64,000 bases of DNA from assembly GCA_016215455.1 (NCBI GenBank), contig JACRJP010000004.1, positions 155,787-219,786 on the forward strand, in the 5' to 3' direction. Below the pieces are notes generated by a model. That model made no database searches. It was given only the letters and a program-made list of their open reading frames with translations, and had not been told where the DNA came from. The stretch's first letter is position 1; each line of letters begins with the position of its first letter. The position numbers and the translations under genes were made by a program. Source of the stretch: Candidatus Tayloriibacteriota bacterium (GTDB lineage Bacteria > Patescibacteriota > Minisyncoccia > Phycocordibacterales > PALSA-1337). Below are positions 59,586 through 64,000 of this stretch, in pieces.

Positions 59586-61679
59586 CTATATGTCAATTGT
59601 CGCTTTCTTTGCGTTTGATTGGATAAACAACTTACGTGAAGGTACATCAGTACCCATGAGCATATCAAAAATCTTATCAGCTTCCTGAGCATCTTCAATG
59701 TTCACCTTCTTCAAGATACGTCGTTCAGGATCCATAGTTGTTTCCCAAAGTTCTTCTGAGTTCATCTCTCCGAGACCCTTGTATCGCTGGATCGTAACCT
59801 TCTGAACTCTCTTCCCCTTTCCATCATCTACCATTTCAACTTCGCGATCAGCATCATCTGCAGGCGCATCAGCTCGTTCAAGAAGTTCGTCACGACCAGT
59901 CTCATCCAACGGATTTATCTCCGGAGTATCATTACCAAGTTCTTTGATCTTATCTTCATCATTGTAGAAATACATGATTTCTTTACCACGCTTCACTTTG
60001 TATAGTGGTGGTTGGGCGATGTAAATGTATCCACCTTCAACGAGCGGACGGAAATATCGGTAAAAGAGTGTGAGAAGAAGTGTACGAATGTGAGCACCGT
60101 CAACGTCGGCATCAGTAGCAATGATAATTTTGTGGTAGCGAAGCTTTGAAAGATCGAATGTATCTGCAATCGCAGTACCAAGAGCCAACACGAGATTTTT
60201 AATTTGCTCAGAACCAAGCATTCGATCAAGTCGAGCTCGTTCGATGTTCAAGATTTTTCCTCGAAGAGGAAGAATCGCTTGGATACGTCGATCACGACCA
60301 GTCTTTGCTGTTCCTCCCGCAGAGTCTCCCTCCACAATGAAGAGTTCTGATTCTGAAGCGTCGCGTGTCTGACAGTCAGCGAGCTTACCTGGCAATGTCA
60401 TACCTTCAAGGACTCCCTTTCGAAGAACACTGTCCTTAGCCGCCTTAGCAGCTTTACGTGCCTTGAGTGCAAGAACTACTTTACCAATGATTGCTCGCGC
60501 ATCATCAGGATTTTCTTCAAGGAAAGCTGCGAATGCTTCTCCAAAGACGTTTTCTGTTGCTCCTCGAGCCTCAATACTTCCGAGTTTTGCTTTTGTTTGA
60601 CCTTCAAACTGAATTTCTCGCATCTTTATCGACACAGCAGCTGTAAGACCTTCTGCGACATCATCTCCAGTGAAATTATCTTCACTTTCTTTGACGAGAT
60701 TGTTCTTACGAGCATACGCATTGAGTGTTCGCGTAAGGGATGTTTTGAAACCGGTAATATGTGTACCTCCTTCACTGTTATAGATATTGTTTGCAAATGG
60801 AAGAACACGTGACGAAATATCATCAACATACTGGAGAGCAATTTCAACTGATTCAACACCTTCTACTTGCTTTTCAATATAGAAAACATTCTTATGGATC
60901 GGCTTCAAGATCTGATTAGTGAATCGAACAAGAGAAACAAGACCTCCTTCAAAGAAGAAGGTATACGAAGGTGCGTCAATAGCAAGATCACGGAAATAGA
61001 ATACATCTTCAAGATCAGGTATTTTTGCTGCTCCTCGAGCATCGATCACAGAGATACGGAGACTTGGTACGAGATATGCCTGCTGTCGCATGTAACTAAC
61101 AATTCGATGAAAATCAAATGTCTGCTTTCCGAAAATAATTTCGTCAGGTGTAAAAGTTACAATTGTTCCATTACGCTTTGTAGAACCAAGTTTTTTTGTT
61201 GCTGCTTTTTTCTTTCCCTGAGAATATTCCTGAAAGAAATGTCCTTCATCTATTTTATGTACGTCAACTCGACAATAAACTGAGAGTGCGTTAACTACCG
61301 ATGCTCCCACACCGTGAAGACCTCCAGAAACCTTATATCCTTCTCCGCCGAATTTACCTCCGGCATGGAGTACTGTCATGATTGTCTCAAGAGCAGAAAC
61401 TTTTGTCTGCTTATGAATACCTACTGGAATACCTCGGCCGTTGTCAGTTACACGAACAGTCTCATTAGGGAGAAGTACTATTTCAATATCATTCGCATGA
61501 CCTCCCATCGCTTCGTCACGAGAGTTATCGAAGATTTCATTAATGAGATGATGAAAACCATCAGGTCCTGTAGTACCAATGTACATTCCGGGACGCTTTC
61601 GAACTGGATCAAGACCTTCAAGAACTTGGATCGAATCGGCTCCGTAATTACTCTTCTTTTCAGCTGGTTCTTTAGCCAT
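59586..61679 (-). CDS. gyrB: DNA gyrase subunit B
   Basis: GHKL ATPase N-terminus (LEGLDPVRKRPGMYIGTTG...HHLINEIFDNSRDEAMGG), Toprim domain EGDSAGG, and a C-terminal tail. Confidence 0.93.
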   Translation of the reverse strand: MAKEPAEKKSNYGADSIQVLEGLDPVRKRPGMYIGTTGPDGFHHLINEIFDNSRDEAMGGHANDIEIVLLPNETVRVTDNGRGIPVGIHKQTKVSALETIMTVLHAGGKFGGEGYKVSGGLHGVGASVVNALSVYCRVDVHKIDEGHFFQEYSQGKKKAATKKLGSTKRNGTIVTFTPDEIIFGKQTFDFHRIVSYMRQQAYLVPSLRISVIDARGAAKIPDLEDVFYFRDLAIDAPSYTFFFEGGLVSLVRFTNQILKPIHKNVFYIEKQVEGVESVEIALQYVDDISSRVLPFANNIYNSEGGTHITGFKTSLTRTLNAYARKNNLVKESEDNFTGDDVAEGLTAAVSIKMREIQFEGQTKAKLGSIEARGATENVFGEAFAAFLEENPDDARAIIGKVVLALKARKAAKAAKDSVLRKGVLEGMTLPGKLADCQTRDASESELFIVEGDSAGGTAKTGRDRRIQAILPLRGKILNIERARLDRMLGSEQIKNLVLALGTAIADTFDLSKLRYHKIIIATDADVDGAHIRTLLLTLFYRYFRPLVEGGYIYIAQPPLYKVKRGKEIMYFYNDEDKIKELGNDTPEINPLDETGRDELLERADAPADDADREVEMVDDGKGKRVQKVTIQRYKGLGEMNSEELWETTMDPERRILKKVNIEDAQEADKIFDMLMGTDVPSRKLFIQSNAKKATIDI

Positions 61680-61800
61680 ATTTATAGTTTTTTATGTGTA
61701 AATTATACCAAAAAATAGCCATAAATTCTCTATTGACTGTGGGAAAAGTGAGTGGTAGTGTGAGGCAAGAAAAACAGACAGAACAACACAGAACATATCC

Positions 61801-62247
61801 ATGCACACAACCACTCTCTGGGACCTCACCAAAGGATTCGAAGCCATTTTTAACAGTCCAACATTTGCAGGCCAAAACTGGCCACAGTTTGAGCATCGTG
61901 CGTTGCACGATCTCTCCTCCGGCCATTTCCTCGATCGCGGTTATGAAGTCGTGCGCGGGGAGGTTGGAAGGCTACCTATCTTCCTTCAAGGTGGTAGCGA
62001 CCGCGTCGAGCTAATCGCTTCAGACGTGCCGCCACACATCGCCTATGCCACGCGGCACTTCAGCGATTTGAGAGCCCTCATGAACCATCTCGTCGAGAGT
62101 AAGGAGTTCGAACTCGTCGAGGGAGGACGGTTCGACGTTGATCGCAACGACTTACGGGCAGTGCTCCTCAAGCACGTGACCTCGGGTGATGTCATTCAAC
62201 TCATCTGGCGGCATAAACAGATCTTTAGAGGAGTATTCCCAGAATAA
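61801..62247 (+). CDS. Hypothetical protein (GC-rich island)
   Basis: 148 aa at about 55% GC. A putative TTGACT-17nt-TAGTGT promoter lies upstream near 61731-61759. No family recognised. Confidence 0.3.
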   Translation: MHTTTLWDLTKGFEAIFNSPTFAGQNWPQFEHRALHDLSSGHFLDRGYEVVRGEVGRLPIFLQGGSDRVELIASDVPPHIAYATRHFSDLRALMNHLVESKEFELVEGGRFDVDRNDLRAVLLKHVTSGDVIQLIWRHKQIFRGVFPE

Positions 62248-62265
62248 CCTTGTGACTATTTTTAT

Positions 62266-64000
62266 TTATCGTATCTCCCAACCCTTAGCTTTGAGTGCTT
62301 CGTAGATAGCATTCATTGGTGTTGTAATTTCTTCTTCGGTAAGAGTTTTATCAGAAGCCTGGAACACAAGGCGAAATGCATACGAAGTCTTTCCTTCTTT
62401 TGTAAAGACATCAAAGAGTCGAAAACGAACACAATATAAACCTTTAAGTGGACCTATTACGTCCTTAACTGCTTCAGCAGTAATACCTTCAGGAACAAAC
62501 ACCGCCACATCACGCACAGCAAATGGATAATGCGAGATTGGAACATACTTGATCGTTGACGAAGCACCGAATGAAAGGTCTGTATAACTTGCAGGAACCT
62601 TATATGAAGCAATGATTGTATCAAGAGAACACTCTCCCCACGCGAGAAGTCCTGATGATTCGATAGTAAATTCAAAACCTATACCAAATTTTTCTGAAAG
62701 TTTTGCAACTGCAGCCTTGAGTACATCAACAGGAGTTGTACCTTTTATTTTCTTAGCAAAACCAACAGCAAGACCAAGATGAAGGTGTTCCCCATCTTTA
62801 TCAAATACCTTTCCTACTTCAAATTGTTGCACGATCTCTTGCTCAAGTAGATCTGCGTTACGAGTGTTCATGGTAATACTTGCCTCAAGATTTGGGAGAT
62901 GTGATGTTCGTAAGAATGCCTTATCAGTCGCCACTGGATATGCAGTTTCGTAATACCCTTTCTTACCAAGAGTATAGAGAATCGTTTCAGAATATCCTTC
63001 ATCGATAAGAATATTTTTAACAAATTCACTTATATAAAACTGCTTCTGTACCTGAGGAATAAAATTAGTTTTTCCAGGAAGTTTCGGTACAATTTTGTCA
63101 TAACCAACAAGACGACCAATTTCCTCTGTAATATCTTCAGGAATAACGAGATCAAGACGGAAGTGAGGTATTTTGATTATCCAACTATCAGCTTTCTTTT
63201 CTACTACTACAATCTCAAGGAGATTTAAAATCTTTTCCATCTCAGTCTGTTCTACTTCATGTCCGAGTGTACTTGATACTACTGCAGGTGAAAAAGAAAC
63301 TGTTCGCTCCTGAGCTGGCTTTGGATATACGTCTACAATTTCACCAAATTCTGCCTGAGGAGAACTTTCAGCAATGAGTGATGAGAGGAGGTCCATTCCC
63401 TGCGCAGCTGTTTCAGGCGAAAGATCATTCTCAAAACGTTTTGATGAATCATTCTTAATCTGTACTTTTGTTGAAGTACGACGAACTGACGTTGGATCAA
63501 AATTTGCAGACTCGAGAATGAGGTTCTTTGTTTCTAATGTTACTTCTGCTCTTTTTCCACCCTTTACACCGGCAATAGCAAGAGGACCATTATCATCGGC
63601 AATAACAAGCATTGAATCATTGAGGGAAACTTCTTTTCCATCAAGCGTGGTTATTTTTTCTCCTTCTTGTGCACGACGTACCGTAAGAGTTCCAACAACC
63701 TTATCAGCATCAAAGGCATGAAGTGGTTGACCACTGTAGAGCATGACGTAATTCGTCGCATCGACAATAGAGTTGATTGAACGCTGTCCCACAGCTTCTA
63801 GACCAGATTTGAGCCATTCAGGAGAGGTTGTGACTGTTACTCCTCGCACCCTACGACCCATATAGCGACGGCAAAGCTCAGTATCAACAACTTTCAGATT
63901 AAGTTTGAGATCTTGATCAACTTTTGCAGTAACATTTGGTACTTCTGCTTTCTTTCGAGGAACACCGAGTGCAGCTGCGAGTTCATACGCAATACCGTCC
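62266..64000 (-). CDS. pheT: Phenylalanyl-tRNA synthetase beta subunit (3' part; gene continues past the window end)
   Basis: B3_4 domain (GQPLHAFDADKV), a B5 domain and a C-terminal FDX-ACB-like end. The reading frame stays open upstream of 63861 to the window edge (...IAYELAAALGVPRKKAEV...). Confidence 0.9.
   Translation of the reverse strand, partial: DGIAYELAAALGVPRKKAEVPNVTAKVDQDLKLNLKVVDTELCRRYMGRRVRGVTVTTSPEWLKSGLEAVGQRSINSIVDATNYVMLYSGQPLHAFDADKVVGTLTVRRAQEGEKITTLDGKEVSLNDSMLVIADDNGPLAIAGVKGGKRAEVTLETKNLILESANFDPTSVRRTSTKVQIKNDSSKRFENDLSPETAAQGMDLLSSLIAESSPQAEFGEIVDVYPKPAQERTVSFSPAVVSSTLGHEVEQTEMEKILNLLEIVVVEKKADSWIIKIPHFRLDLVIPEDITEEIGRLVGYDKIVPKLPGKTNFIPQVQKQFYISEFVKNILIDEGYSETILYTLGKKGYYETAYPVATDKAFLRTSHLPNLEASITMNTRNADLLEQEIVQQFEVGKVFDKDGEHLHLGLAVGFAKKIKGTTPVDVLKAAVAKLSEKFGIGFEFTIESSGLLAWGECSLDTIIASYKVPASYTDLSFGASSTIKYVPISHYPFAVRDVAVFVPEGITAEAVKDVIGPLKGLYCVRFRLFDVFTKEGKTSYAFRLVFQASDKTLTEEEITTPMNAIYEALKAKGWEIR

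Noticed and set aside
1-64000. CRISPR arrays, rRNA genes, IS elements or transposase genes
   Set aside because: No regularly spaced short direct repeats, no 16S/23S-like conserved stretches, and no transposase or integrase-like ORFs were seen on reading the window. tRNAs could not be excluded by eye and need tRNAscan-SE.

Overview
This is a low-GC (~38%), gene-dense bacterial chromosome segment with short housekeeping proteins, which suggests a reduced-genome lineage resembling Candidate Phyla Radiation/Patescibacteria. That lineage assignment is inference.

Recognisable core genes:
- typA, truB, hisS, uppP, bcp
- the dnaG-rpoD pair
- rpoB-rpoC
- rpsP-khpA-trmD
- rnr, smc (short), rnc, rpmF, rnhB, dnaE, thrS (short), gyrB
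- the 3' part of pheT, which runs off the window end

Accessory content:
- A type IV pilus / T2SS-like operon (GspE/PilB ATPase, GspF/PilC platform protein, several prepilin-motif proteins including a 450-aa pilin with propeller-like repeats, and an unannotated 45-aa pseudopilin). A second pilin gene sits at 51.6 kb.
- Large secreted proteins: a Hep_Hag-like repeat protein with a Peptidase_S74 chaperone domain, and a protein with three PKD-like repeats.
- A cell-wall cluster (VanY-like M15 peptidase, metzincin).
- A UvrD helicase fused to a RecB-like nuclease.
- A membrane bPH_2 + Schlafen/AlbA_2 fusion.
- A NusB-Nudix fusion.

The most unusual pattern is a series of short GC-rich (~50%) islands inside the AT-rich backbone. 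The six inspected upstream regions (five small ORFs, the sixth a secreted protein) each carry a near-consensus sigma70-type promoter:
- a GNAT
- a degenerate adenylate-kinase-like protein that lacks the P-loop lysine
- a TIM-barrel protein
- a Nudix
- a secreted peptidoglycan-binding protein flanked by 27-nt direct repeats

The other islands are two hypothetical genes flanking gyrB and a GC-rich apparently non-coding stretch upstream of rpoB.

No CRISPR array, rRNA or confidently identifiable tRNA was found.
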